In this document: positions 23,587-35,620 of the stretch, one piece after another
How positions within the stretch are numbered: position 1 is the stretch's first letter
Layout: each line of letters opens with the position of its first letter
NCBI RefSeq assembly: GCF_044704955.1
Contig: NC_091981.1
Span: 78,430,001-78,494,000 of the forward strand
Direction of reading: 5' to 3'
DNA length: 64,000 nt
Origin: Pristiophorus japonicus
Lineage: Eukaryota
Program-made: the position numbers and the translations under genes
The notes under the pieces: generated by a model
What the model was told of the DNA's origin: nothing
Databases searched by the model: none
Seen by the model: only the letters and a program-made list of their open reading frames with translations

Positions 23587-23992
23587 TGCAAGTCCCACTC
23601 GAGAGACTTGAGCACAAACATCTAGACCGACACTCCCGTGCAGTACTGGGGGAGTCTTGCACTGTCAGAGGTACAGTCTTTCGGATGAGACGTTAAACCG
23701 AGGTGCCCTCTCAGGTAAAATATACCATGGTACTATTTCGAAGAAGAGCGGGGAGGTCTCCCCGGTGTCCTGGCCAATATTTATCCCTCAATCAACATAA
23801 CAAAAAACAGATTACCTGGTCATTAACACATTGCTGTTTGTGGGAGCTTGCTGTGCACAAATTGGCTGTCACGTTTCCAACATTGTAACAGTGACTACAC
23901 TCCAAAAGTACATCATTGGCTTTAAAGTGCTTTGGGATGTCTGGTAGTCGTGAAAGGCGCTATATAAATTCAAGTCTTTTTTTCTTTCTTTC
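23587..23992 (+). mobile_element. SacSINE1-like DeuSINE, near full length
   Basis: B-box-like ggtgcaagtccc; core tctttcggatgagacgttaaaccgagg; tail aaggcgctatataaat..(tttc)n. Confidence 0.8.
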
Positions 23993-24421
23993 TTGATCCA
24001 CTTAAATTCATGAGCAGTAAGGGGAGCCACATCTAAGTGAAGTGTCATATTTTGACATGTAGTCTTAGGAGTGCTACAAAGGTGGCAAGTGGGAGTCAAC
24101 TATTTTACAGTTTTTAAAAAATGACAAAAAAAATAATCTTTGCCACAAATATTTGAGGGAAAGGCAATTAAGGTCTTATTTGCAATTATCCTTTACAAAG
24201 CATACACAGCCCCTGAATTTATCTTTGCTGCTTATCCTGTTGAGTTTTAGTAAAGCCAATTTGCAGAATAACTTTCACTGAAAAAAAATTTGAAATGTGG
24301 GAAAATGCACAGTAATGTTGGTAAATTTTTAACAAATTTAAAGTGTCAAAAAATATGAAAAAAAGAAACTTGATTTTTGGAAATTCTTTTAGGGAAAAAG
24401 AAGCAACAGATTATTTATTAC

Positions 24422-24461
24422 CTGTTGTGTGAGGAGGTCTGCTTCTCGTTTTTGCCTTTCT
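24422..24461 (-). CDS. MYO10: Myosin X 40-nt micro-exon in the SAH ((R)ERQKREADLLTQQ)
   Basis: cttttacag|A acceptor, CAG|gtaata donor; phase 2 to 0, exactly bridging the flanking exons; resembles mammalian ERERREAELRAQQ. Confidence 0.88.
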
Positions 24462-24566
24462 CTGTAAAAGATAGGTTTTAAAATGTAATAAGGTACCAGC
24501 AAAACATTTAGAGGTTAACTATGGTCCTCACTGGTTGGTAAGTTGTGACCCCAAAGTCCTGATTAT

Positions 24567-25845
24567 GGGCCCAAGTTTCCACATGATTTGCGCCTGATTT
24601 TTAGGAGCAACTGGTGGAGAACGGACTATCTTAGAAATCGCAATTCTCCACATTTTTTTTTCTGCAGTTCTAGTCAGGTAGAACAGTTCGACTTTGGAAC
24701 AGAATTTTTTCTTCAAAAGGGGGCATGTCCGGCCACTGACGCCTGATTTGAAAGTTTCCACAGTGAAAACGTACTCCAAACTAAAGTAGAATGGAGCAAG
24801 TGAAGATTTTTGTAGAACTGAAAAAACCTGTTCTACACATTAAAAAAATCAGGCGCAGGTTACAAATTAGGCGTCCAGAACGTGGTGGGGGGGGAGGGAA
24901 GTCATTAAATTCTATAATAAATCCTTATTTATACTTCTACAAATATTATACAAATAAATCCAACCTGAATAAACATTTATAAGCAAAGAAAAGATTAAAT
25001 AAACCATCTTCCTACCTATGTGAAAGTGCTTCAGGCAGGCCTTTCGGGACCGAAGGCTGAACGGGCCGGCCCGAGACTTCGGGCAGGGCCCGTCCCCAGC
25101 ACCAGATTTACAGGTAGGTGGCGTTGGGTTGGGTCGGGTTAGGGAGGTTCGGGTCCAGGGAGAGGGGGGGGGGGGGGGGGAAGGGGAGAGAGGGAGAGGG
25201 GGGGGGAGGTCAGGTCGGATCCAGTCCGGGAGCGGGAGTCGGGTCCAGTGGGGGGGGGGGGGGTCGGGTCGGGGGGCGGGAGAGCGGGTCGGGTTGGGTC
25301 CAGTCGGGGGGGGCGGGGAGCGGGAACAGGAGCGCGGGGCGGGTCGGGTCCAGTCCGGGGGGGCGGGGAGCGGGAACAGGAGCGCGGGTCGGGTCGGGTC
25401 CAGTCGGGTGGGGGAAGCGGGTGTCGGGTCTGGTCCGGAGGCGGGGGGGGGGGGGGGGGAGCGGGTGTCGGGTCTGGTCAGGGGCGGGGAAGCAGGAGCT
25501 GGCCGTGGGAGGCAGCCTTATGCACGCAGCCCCAGTGAGGCCATTCAGCCAGGGCTAGGGGCTGCGTGCTTCGGGCCCCTCCCACACAGTTCGGCGCCTG
25601 GAGCTACTGCACTTGCGTGCCCACTGTAGCGCGCATGTGCAGAGATCCCGGCACTGTTTTCAGCGCAGGGACCTGGCTCCCCCCCCCCCCCCCCCCACAG
25701 CTCGTGTTGCGCTGCGCCGAGGGCCAGAGGACCAGCAGGTAGGTGGAGAATACCGATGATTTTTTTTAGGCGCACTTTGTGGCGCGAAAAACGGGCGTCC
25801 AGGTCGGGACTGCGCCGTTCAAGGCGCGTGTGGAAACTTGGGCCC
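24567..25845 (+). mobile_element. Harbinger-type 'family A' copy 3 (best preserved)
   Basis: Perfect 17-bp TIRs gggcccaagtttccaca / tgtggaaacttgggccc; TAT TSD at 24564-24566 and 25846-25848. Confidence 0.92.
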
Positions 25846-26122
25846 TATGTGTCAATTCATTTAAATGGATGGAAGATTAAGGGCTGTGATTTCGTAATCA
25901 GCCAGTGGCCGATCAGGAAAACAATCCTCTAAAAACACAAAGGAAAGCGTGAAATTCATTCTTTTTAAATATGTCACCATGTGAATAGTAATTCACATTT
26001 CATGTTATAACTATGATTACATTTTCAATCTCACCAAATGTGTTGGCAGTATTCAACAAACTAGAAGTATGTTTAAGCAAATCTTCTACAGCAGCTAAGC
26101 TACAATGGACTTAAAATGCTTC

Positions 26123-26770
26123 GGGCTGGATTTTCCACTCCTGTGCGCCTCTGTTTTTGCCCAGAAGGACGGCCATGGCAGCGGTGCACTCTTCTGGGTG
26201 GACAGCCAGCTTCCAGCGCCCTGCCAGGGTTTTTGGGGCCGGTTTTGGCAGGGCACGGAGCATTACTGCCCAGAAGAGGCGAGCTGATGTGCAACGTCCC
26301 TAGTTGCAACACCGGCTCGATTTTTAGTTCCGACCGATCCGTAGCGCTGTGTAGCGTGCCCTGGTGGGAACCCCTGTGAAAGCAGGTGTTCCAAGCTGTA
26401 GCGGCTGCAGTGAAGTAAGTAATGCCGACCTCGGGTAAGTGTGATTGTTCTTTCTTTTTTTTGGCGATTTATGTTGTGGTGGCATGGGGTATGTATTGGA
26501 AATATTTTTGGTGGGTATTTTTCAGGTTTTTTTTTTTCTCCCAGGCCTCTCTTAGAGCATGCCCAGGCCAGCTGTTTAGCTCGGAATGTTTGCATTCTCA
26601 GCCGGCCTAGTGCCCTAAGAGTGGTATGCAATGCCTCCCTTAGTGCTCCACCCCAAAATCAGGGCCCAGCTGCTGAATTTTTCTCACTGAAGCGCAAACT
26701 TTCCAGGTGGTATGAGGACCACCCCACCGTCATTAACGCCTCAAAATCCTAAAAGCTGGAAATCCAGCAC
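26123..26770. mobile_element. Harbinger-type MITE
   Basis: TIRs gggctggattttcc / ggaaatccagcac; TSD not preserved. Confidence 0.7.
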
Positions 26771-26809
26771 AAATACTCTTATCTGTAATCAGCAAGGCCA
26801 TTTACTTAT

Positions 26810-26990
26810 GGATTTCTAAACCTCCCCCCAATTGCTTTACATCTTTTACCCTTAGTTGTTGACCCCTCTGCCAAGGGAAACAGGTCCTTCCTATCCACTC
26901 TATCCAGGCCCCTCATAATTTTATACACCTCAATCAGGTCTCCTCTCAGCCTCCTCTGTTCCAAAGAAAACAGACCCAGCATCTCCAATG
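26810..26990 (-). mobile_element. CR1 fragment
   Basis: LGLFSLEQRRLRGDLIEVYKIMRG. Confidence 0.85.
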
Positions 26991-27154
26991 TGGTAAAGAT
27001 CCAACAATCCCATGGAATTGAAACAAAAGTTAACTTTTCATCATAATACATTGACAATCACATACTGAAGATTCACTACCTTTCCTCTTAAAATAGTTTT
27101 TTTTTTAAAGTAAACAAAACAAAATTTGTTGGCTGCTGGGGCAAAATGACTAAC

Positions 27155-27367
27155 CTTTCTTCTTGCTCTTTCCTTCTCTGCGCTTCTTCTTTCCGTCTTT
27201 TATTGTCAAGTAGTTGTTTATAGTGTCTGCGTGCCAGCTGACCTCGTCGGTGTGTCTGGAATATTATTGTGGAATTTCGCACACGGTGGAACTTTTTTCT
27301 CCAGAAGAAAGCTCGATAATTTTTCTGAATTATAACAACCATATCAAGCACCTTTTTGTACTGTTTC
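27155..27367 (-). CDS. MYO10: Myosin X coding exon, IQ2, IQ3 and start of the SAH
   Basis: aaacag|G acceptor, AG|gttagt donor; 213 nt, phase 2 to 2; IQKNYRAFFWRK and FQTHRRGQLARR IQ motifs. Confidence 0.95.
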
Positions 27368-27670
27368 CTGTTTGGGTGAGAAAACCTTGTGCTTAAAAAA
27401 ATATGAAGACACACCAGTTCACAGAGTAGTTTATTACACCTATTTTGTTTTAAAAAATTATAAATAAAGTTACTGGAAATATGTTTTACAATACGATATA
27501 ACTGAATCGTGTATTTTGACTCCCATCTTACTATAAAAGAAACGATCAAACAAATTAGATTGTATCATCTGGTTAGAACATGGACTTAAATTGCTAATAA
27601 AATGGAAACAAATTCAGGCCATCTAGATATTAATTAAAGCACATTACACATTCAAAATTTTCATCCTTAC

Positions 27671-27777
27671 CTTGCCAAATAGCCGAGGACATGAGCCTGT
27701 ATGATCATAGCAGCTTTGCAAACCCCAACTTCACGCTGTTTCTCCAGCTTATGTTCAAGGGACTCACGTATGAAAAC
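27671..27777 (-). CDS. MYO10: Myosin X coding exon, IQ1 (VFIRESLEHKLEKQREVGVCKAAMIIQAHVLGYLAR)
   Basis: acacag| acceptor, AG|gtaagg donor; 107 nt, phase 0 to 2; absent from the ORF track, translated by hand. Confidence 0.93.
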
Positions 27778-28197
27778 CTGTGTAGAGTATATGCAAGGCA
27801 TGTTACTCTCCAGCATCAATCAATAGATCTTCCTGTAATTTCTGTTTGAGCCACCTGAAATAATGGTGATTTCCCATTAAAGATATACCTGTATTTCTCC
27901 TGAATTTCATAATAAGAACACAAGAATTCGGAGCAGGATTAGGCGATAGGGCCCTTCGAGCCTGCTCCGCCATTCAATAAGATCTTGGCTGATCTTCAAC
28001 CTCAACTCCATTTACCTGCCAAATCGCCATATCCCTTGATTGCCCTAGAGTCCAAAAATCTATCTATCTCAGCCTTGAACATAGAGCATCCACAGCCCTT
28101 TGGGGTAGAGAATTCCAAAGATTTACAACCCTCTGAAAACAAATTTCTCCTCATCTCAGTCTTAAAAGGTCGACCTTTTATTCTGAGACTATACCCC

Positions 28198-28550
28198 TTA
28201 AATTCGGTCGCTTAGCGCCCCTGGAAAGGATCGGTGTGCCAATATCGACCGGGAGCATCGAGCCGGTGTACAACGCCCCCGGTTTCGACAGCCTTTCGAT
28301 ATTAGGTTGTAGCAGCACACGTAGTGCCCCGTGGAGACAGTGCCTTTGAAAGCTGCCATTCAGAGCTGTCCCAGGCACTACAGAAAGGCTTGCTCTCCCG
28401 GCCTAGCGCCCCAAGAGATGTGTGAAACGCTCCACTCTCCGGGTGCGACAACCAAACTTTTTGGCTGCCGTCGCAAACCATTTCCCAGCGCAAAATTTGC
28501 TGTATCGCCGCCATTCGCCCCAAGAAGCCTCCAAACTAATTTCCAACCCC
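28198..28550. mobile_element. Harbinger-type MITE, one TIR truncated
   Basis: Right end aatttccaacccc followed by tta; GC-rich body interrupts CR1 sequence. Confidence 0.6.
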
Positions 28551-30128
28551 TTAGACTCTCCAAGCTGAGGGAAACAACATCTCAGCATCTACCCTGTCAA
28601 TCCCCTTCAGAATTTCATACGTTTCAATAAGATCACCTCTCATTCTTCTAAACTCCAGAGAGTTTAGAGCCAATCTACTCAATTTCTCCTTATATGACAA
28701 CCCTCTCATCACAGGGATCAATCTAGTGAACCTTTGCTGCACCGCCTCTAAAGCAAGTATGTCCTATCTCAGATAAGGAGACCAAAACTGTGCACAGTAC
28801 TCCAGGTGTGGTCTCACCAAAGCCTTGCACAATTGTAGCAAGACTTCCTTACTCTTATACTCTAAGCCCCTTGCAATAAAGGTCAACATGCCATTTGCCT
28901 TCCTAATTGCTGGCTGTACCTGCATGCTAACTTGCTGCGTTTCCTGTACGGGGGCACCTAAATCTCTCTGAACATCAACATTTAATAGTTTCTCACCATT
29001 TAAAAAATATTCTGTTTTTCTATTCTTCCTACCAAAGTGAATGTCACATTTTCTCACATTATATTCCATCTGCCAACTTATTGCCTTCTCACTTGACACA
29101 TCTATATCCCTTTGCAGGCTCTGTGTCTCCTCACAGCTTACTTTCTCACCTAGTGTTGTATCATCAGCAAACTTGAATACATTGCACTCAGTCCCTTCAT
29201 CTAAGTCATTGATATAGATTGTAAATAACAGATGCCCAAGCACTGATCCTTGCGGCTCCCCACCGGTTACAGCTTGCCAACCAGAAAATGACCTGTTTAT
29301 CCCTACTCTGTTTTCAGTCCATTAACCAATCCTCTATCCATGCTAATATATTAGCCCCAAACCCATGAGCTCTTACCTTGCACAGCAAACTTTTAGGTGG
29401 CACAGTATTAATGTTTCAGTGTAAGGGGTGTCGCAGTTGTGTGGGGCGGACTGGTTGGGCCCGGTGCTCTTTACCTTTCCGCCGTTATTCATTGTTCGTA
29501 GGTTTACATGTAACCTTCAGGGCTGCTGACCGAGGGCCATGCGGCTCTTTGTCGGCCAGCGTGGACACGATGGGCCAAAATGGCCTCCTTCTGCGCTGTA
29601 AATTTCTATGTTATCGAATGCCTTTTGGAAATCCAAATATACTACATCCATTGATTTCCCATTATCTACCCTGCTAGTTACATCATCAAAAATCTCGAAT
29701 AAATCTGTTAAACACGATTTCCCTTTCACAAAACCATGTTGACTCTGACTAACCAAAGTATGATTTTCTAAATGCCCTGTTACCACTGCCTTAATAATGG
29801 ATTTAAGTATTTTCCCAACAATTGATGTCAAACTAACTGCCTTGTAGTTCCCTGTTTTCTTTCTCCCTCGTTTCTTGAATAGCAGGGTTATATTTGCTAT
29901 CTTGCAATCTGCTGGGACCATTCTCGAATCTAGGGAATTTTGGCCGATCACAATCAATGCATCCACTATCTCTTTTAAAACCCTAGGATGTAGGCCATCA
30001 GGTTCTGGGTATTTGTCGATGTTTATTCCCATTAGTTTCTCAAGTACTTTTTCCTCTACGGATATTCATTATTTTAAGTTGCTCACTCTTATTAACCCCT
30101 TGATATGCTTTTTGTGTTTTCTACTGAT

Positions 30129-32240
30129 TAAAAACAAGGGCATACAAAGTGGCCAAAACTAGTGGGAGGACAGAAAATTGGGAAGCTTTTAAAAGCCAGC
30201 AAAGAATGACTTAAAAAATGATTAAGCAAGGGAAGATAGACCATGAAAGTAAACTAGCACAAAATATAAAAACAGATAGTAAGAGTATAGTTTCTATAGG
30301 TGTATAAAAAAAGAAAAGAGTGGCTAAAGTAAATGTTGGTCCCTCAGAGGACGAGACCAGGGAATTAGTAATGGGGAACATGGAGATGGCAGAAACTCTA
30401 AACAAGTATTTTGTATCAGTTTTTACGGTAGAGGACACTAACAATATTCCAACAGTGTCAAGGGTCTATAGGGGGGAGGGAACGTAACACAATCTCAATC
30501 ACTAAGGAGGTGGTGCTCAGTAAGATAATAGGACTAAAGGCAGATAAATCCCCTGGACCCGATGGGTCTTGAGAAGTAGCGGCAGGGATTGTGGATGCAT
30601 TGGTTGTAATTTACCAAAATTCCCTGGATTCTGGGGAGGTCCCAGCAGATTGGCAAATTGCAAATGTAACACCCCTATTCAAAATAGGAGGCAGACAAAA
30701 AGCAGGAAACTATAGACCAGTTAGCCTAACATCTGTGGTTGGGAAACTGTTTGAGTCCATTATTAAAGTAGTAGTAACACGACATTTGGAAAAGCAAAAT
30801 TTGGTCAGATAGAGTCAGCATGGATTTATGAAGGGGAAGTCATGTTTGACAAATTTGCTGGAATTCTTTGAGGATGTAATGAACAGGATGGATAAAGGGG
30901 AACCAGTGGATGTGGTGTATTTGGACTTCCAGAAGGCATTTGACAAGGTGCCACACAAAAGGTTACTGAACAAGATAAAAGTTCACGGGGTTGGGGGTAA
31001 TATATTAGCAATGGATAGAAGATTGGCTGACAAACAGGAAACAGAGAGTCGGGATAAATGGTTCATTCTCTGGTTGGCAATCAGTAACTAGTGGGGTGCC
31101 ACAGGGATCAGTGCTGGGACCCCAGCTATTTACAATCTATATTAACGACTTGGAAGAGGGGACTGAGTGTAACGTAGCCAAGTTTGCTGATGATACAAAG
31201 ATGGGAGGAAGGGTAATGTGTGAGGAGGTCATAAAGAGGCTGTAGGAGGACATAGACAGGCTCAGTGAGTGGGCAAGAATCTGGCAAATGGAGTATAATG
31301 TTGGAAAGTCTGAGGTCATGCACTTTGGCAGAAAAAAATCAAAGAGCAAGTTATTATTTAAATGGAGAAAGATTGCAAAGTGCTCCAGTACAGCGGGACC
31401 TGGGGGTATTTCTGCATGAAACACAAAAGGATAGTATGCAAGATTTCATTGAAGTGATCAGGAAGGCCAATGAAATCTTGACCTTTATTGCAAAAGGGGA
31501 TGGAGTATAAAAGCAGGGAAGTCTTGTTACAGCTGCACAGGGTATTGGTGGGGCCACACCTGGAATACTGCATGCAGCTTTGGTTTCCATATTTATGAAA
31601 GGATATACTTGCTGTGGAGGTAGTCCAGAGAAGGTTCACTCGGTTGATCCCGGGGTTGATTTATGAGGAAAGGTTGAGTAGGTTGGGACTTCCCTGCTTT
31701 TATACTCCATCCCCTTTGCAATAAAGGCCAAGATTCAATTGGCCTTCCTGATCACTTGCTGTATCTGCATGATATCCTTTTGTGAACAAGTAACCCCAGG
31801 TCCCGCTGTACTGCACCACTTTGCAATCTTTCTCCATTGGAATTCAGAAGAATGAGGGGTGATCTTATAGAAACGTATAAGATTATGAGGGGGCTTGACA
31901 AGGTGGATGCAGAGAGGATGTTTCCACTGGTGTGGGAGACTAGAACTAGAACTTAGAATAAGGGGCTGCCCATTTAGAATTGAGATGAGCGATTTCTTCT
32001 CTCAGAGGGTTGTGAATCTGTGGAATTCACAGCTTCAGAGAGCTGTGGAAGCTGGGACATTAAATAAATTTAAGACAGAAATAGACAATTTCTTAAACGA
32101 TAAAGGGATAAGGGGTTATGGGGCATGGAAGCGGAGCTGAGTCCATGATCAGACCAGCCATAATCTTATTGAATGGTGGAACAGGCTTGAGGGGCCATAT
32201 GGCCTACTCTTGCTCCTATTTCTTACGTTATGTTCTTATG
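30129..32240 (+). mobile_element. CR1 LINE, 5'-truncated, same subfamily as 2320-4800 and 54665-57930
   Basis: RT motifs (YLDFQKAFDKVPH, FADD), 3' UTR and tail; contains an inverted insert at 31687-31838. Confidence 0.92.
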
Positions 32241-33063
32241 CAAGATGAATATAAAATATTTGTTTAAAGTCTCTGCCATTTCCTTATTCCCATTATAATT
32301 TCACCTGTCTCACCAAACAAGGGAACAATGCTTACTTTTGCTACTCGCTTCCTTTTTACATACAATTTGAAGCTCTTACATTCTGTTTTTAATATTTCTT
32401 GCTAATTTACTCTCATTTTATTTTCTCCCTTTTTATCAACTTTTTGGTCATCCTTTGTTGGTTTCTAAAGCTCTCCGACTCCTCAGGCTTACTGCTATTG
32501 TTTGCTCCATTATAAACCTCTTCTTTTAATATAGAAAGTAAGCTTGATATCAGTACTCTGGGATGGGTCATGTAAATCGGAAATAAATTTAACTGTCCAG
32601 CGATAGCAACCACCTCCATTTCCCCCCCCCCCTCCCCAAAGTCTGGTCCATATTAATTAAAATTAATCAGTAGAATATGTCAAATGACAGCAGAATTTTT
32701 TTGAAATAACAATGGCTCTGTGTTTTGAATTAACCAGTGAACTCTGTCAAGATGAGTAGAAGACATCTAAAAGGTTTAATGAAAAAACAGTGACGTTTTT
32801 AAATTTACTGAGATACTGAGCCAAGGTTTACTAATTATTTTAACGAAGTCATATTTTACATGTGGGTGAATAAATAGTTCATCATAGAAGACCGATCAGG
32901 TTACTAAACAAAAATACATTTGCGAAGGGATTATGAAGAGGTGGTTTGTTTGAAAAAAATCAGGCGTTGATAATTTAAAAAAATGAAGGCTAGATGTTAC
33001 TCTTACTGCTGTTCACTGGATAGCAGAACATAATTCACAGGGAAAAAAGATGTCTCGATTTAC

Positions 33064-33178
33064 CTTTGTTTTCCCCAGCTGCCAATCTGTATTGGTGTCG
33101 TCATAGAAATGAAGTAGTGTAGCACACTTTTCCTTCAAATCATCTGGTTGCGAGAGATTCCTCATCAAGACTTTATAC
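33064..33178 (-). CDS. MYO10: Myosin X coding exon, converter (YKVLMRNLSQPDDLKEKCATLLHFYDDTNTDWQLGKTK)
   Basis: ctcag|G acceptor, AAG|gtaaat donor; 115 nt, phase 2 to 0; WQLGKTK converter motif. Confidence 0.95.
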
Positions 33179-33269
33179 CTGAGGAGAGAAACCAACAAAT
33201 AATTTTCATTTTTTTCTATTACATCATTTTACCTTGGGAGAACCCCTGACTTCCCAGGAGATATTTTAT

Positions 33270-34160
33270 CCAATATACACACATTGGCAATATGATTAGG
33301 CAGAGTCAACATGATTTTATGAAAGTGAAATCGTGTTTGACAAATCTATTGAGAGTTTATTTTGAGGGTGTAACTAATAAGGGGGAACCAGTTGGATTTG
33401 GATTTTCAGAAGGCATTTGATAAGGTGCCAAACAAGAGATTGTTACACAAGATTAGGGCTTATGGGATTGAGGGTGATATATTAGCATGGATTGAGGATT
33501 GGTTAATGGACAGAAAACAGTGAGTAGGAATAAACGGGTCAGTTTCGGGTTGGCAGGCGATAACTAGTGAAGACCCACAAGGATCAGTGCTGCGGGACTC
33601 AGCTATTCGCAATCTATATCAATGATTTGGATGAGGGGACCAAATGTAATATATTTAAGTTTGCTGATGATATAAAGCTAGGTGGGAAAGTTAAGTTGTG
33701 AGGAGGATGCAAAGAGGCTGTAAAGGGATATAGAACAGATAAGTTATTGGGCAAGAAGGTGGCAGGTGGAGTATAATATGGGGAAGTGTGAAATTATCCA
33801 CTTTGGTAGGTAGAATGGAAAAGCAGAATATTTTTTAAAAGGATGAGAGACTAGTAAATGTTGATTTGTAGAGGGATTTGGGTGTCCTTGTACACAAATC
33901 ACAGAAAGCTAGCATGCAGGTACTGCAAGCAATTAGGAAGGCAAATGATATGTTAGCCTTTCAAAAAAAATCTTGCATTTATATAGCGCCTTTCATGACC
34001 TCAGGATATCCCAAAGAGCTTTACAGCCAATAAAGTACATTTATTGCAAGGGGGTTGGAATATAAGTGTAAGGAAGTCTTGGTGCAATTATACAGGTCTG
34101 CCGTGAGACCATACCTGGAGTACTGTGCAGTTTTGGTCTCCTTACCAAAGGAAAGATATT
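33270..34160 (+). mobile_element. CR1 RT fragment containing a short SINE tail insert (approx. 33962-34040, minus)
   Basis: Decayed RT sequence; ttgcatttatatagcgcctttcatgac SINE tail. Confidence 0.82.
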
Positions 34161-34213
34161 GCCTTAGATAAGACTTGCCTTAGATAAGACTTGCCTTAGA
34201 TAAGACTTGCCTT
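34159..34213. repeat. Perfect 16-bp tandem repeat (ttgccttagataagac) x3.4
   Basis: Direct reading. Confidence 0.95.
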
Positions 34214-34799
34214 TAACAAAAAATGATCCATAATCTCATGTTTTTAATTTTAAAGCTGGTACTTTATGAATTCATTGAACACTTAATCTGAATAAACAAG
34301 ACATTAACTAACACCTTGATGAAAAAACGCTATTCATTTTCTCAGAATTAATGATCTAGAAGGGGAGGAATTAAATATTATTTTAACATTTTGAAAATAG
34401 CAAGTCCCATGATTTTTACACACACATGTATCTAAACATAATTGGGTTATTCCGCAATTCCAGCAGGGAAGCTGTTCTTAGAGGATGTGGATCATGGAAT
34501 TATTCCTGTACAGCCAAAATCTGTCCTTTGTTGCTGTTGGTGATCGACCTTTGCGAATTGACTTGTGATATCTACACTGCTAATCTATCCTTATATGCAA
34601 ATCTCATCACTTACAATCTTCAGCAACAATTATCTCTCAAACTTTAGGCATTATTTTCTTAAATATAAAATGAATATCAAAATATGGTCTGCAAGGAAGT
34701 GTGCTTGGAGTACCTCCACTCATATCCAACTAGTAGATGGGGGGGGGGGGGGGGGGTGGGGTGGTGGGGGGGGGGGATTTCCCTTTACAGCTTTCATAT

Positions 34800-35620
34800 G
34801 GGATGTTCACAGTATTCATCCCAAATTAAAATTCTCAGAATTAAATGCTCCAAGGCCTCACCACACCCTATTTCTGTGACCTCCTCCAGATCTCTGCACT
34901 CCTCCAATTCTGGCCTCTTGTACATCCCCGATATCTGTCACTCCATCATTGGCGGTTGTGCCTTCAGCTGCCAAGGTCCTAAGCTCTGGAATTCCCAACC
35001 CTAAACTTCTCTACCCCTTTAAGATGCTCCCTTAAAATCTACCTCTTTGATCAAGTTTTTGGTCACCTGTCCGAATATCATTACGTGTCAAATTTTGTCT
35101 GATATCGTTCCTGTGAAGTGCCTTGGGACGTTTTAAGGACCGGATTTTCGGCTTTCGGGATTTTTCGTCGAAAATAGTAGCGATACGTGAAACTTACCGT
35201 TTTTAGGCCAAACTGTCGGCCTTTACGTCTGCATTGGTAAGGAAGGCGTTGCACAAGCATTCGCAGCGCAAAATGAGTGTTTCGGCAACTTTAGTCCGGG
35301 GACGCATGCGCTGCGAGAGGCGCCTTGGGAGGAGGGGGGTGGGGGCGGGGGAAATTCCAAAAAACATTCCAAAAACATTTACAAGACCCTTAACTATCTA
35401 ATCACTGTAACAAAAAAAAACTTTAACTTACCTTTTGTGCAGGTTTTCATACTTACCGCTGCTGGCAGGGCTTGGAAGCTCCGCTGCAAACAGGTCCCCA
35501 AGGATCCCACCCGGGCTTTGCTTCTGGGTTTGCGTCGCGGAGGGTCAAATCGCGGCGAAAACCCAGTCGCAAACCTCAAAAACCCGACCCTAAAAGTGCT
35601 ATATAAATTTAAGTTGTTGT
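34800..35620 (+). mobile_element. L2 3' end split by a Harbinger-type MITE
   Basis: L2 tail gtgaagtgccttgggacgtttta...aagtgctatataaat continues after the MITE. Confidence 0.72.
35137..35590. mobile_element. Harbinger-type MITE
   Basis: Imperfect TIRs ggaccggatttt / aaaacccgaccc; TAA TSD at 35134-35136 and 35591-35593. Confidence 0.78.

Larger units (their letters stand above)
27911..32540 (-). mobile_element. CR1 LINE (ORF2 remnant and 3' UTR) interrupted by a MITE (approx. 28198-28550), a 207-bp insert (29404-29610) and an opposite-strand CR1 (30129-32240)
   Basis: FADD, QHGFVKGKSCLT and RPHLEYCAQFW motifs; host sequence resumes at approx. 32245. Confidence 0.85.

Noticed and set aside
23587-23660. 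tRNA gene
   Set aside because: Only a degenerate B-box at a SINE head; no cloverleaf
34159-34213. CRISPR-like array
   Set aside because: Head-to-tail repeats without spacers, in vertebrate intronic DNA
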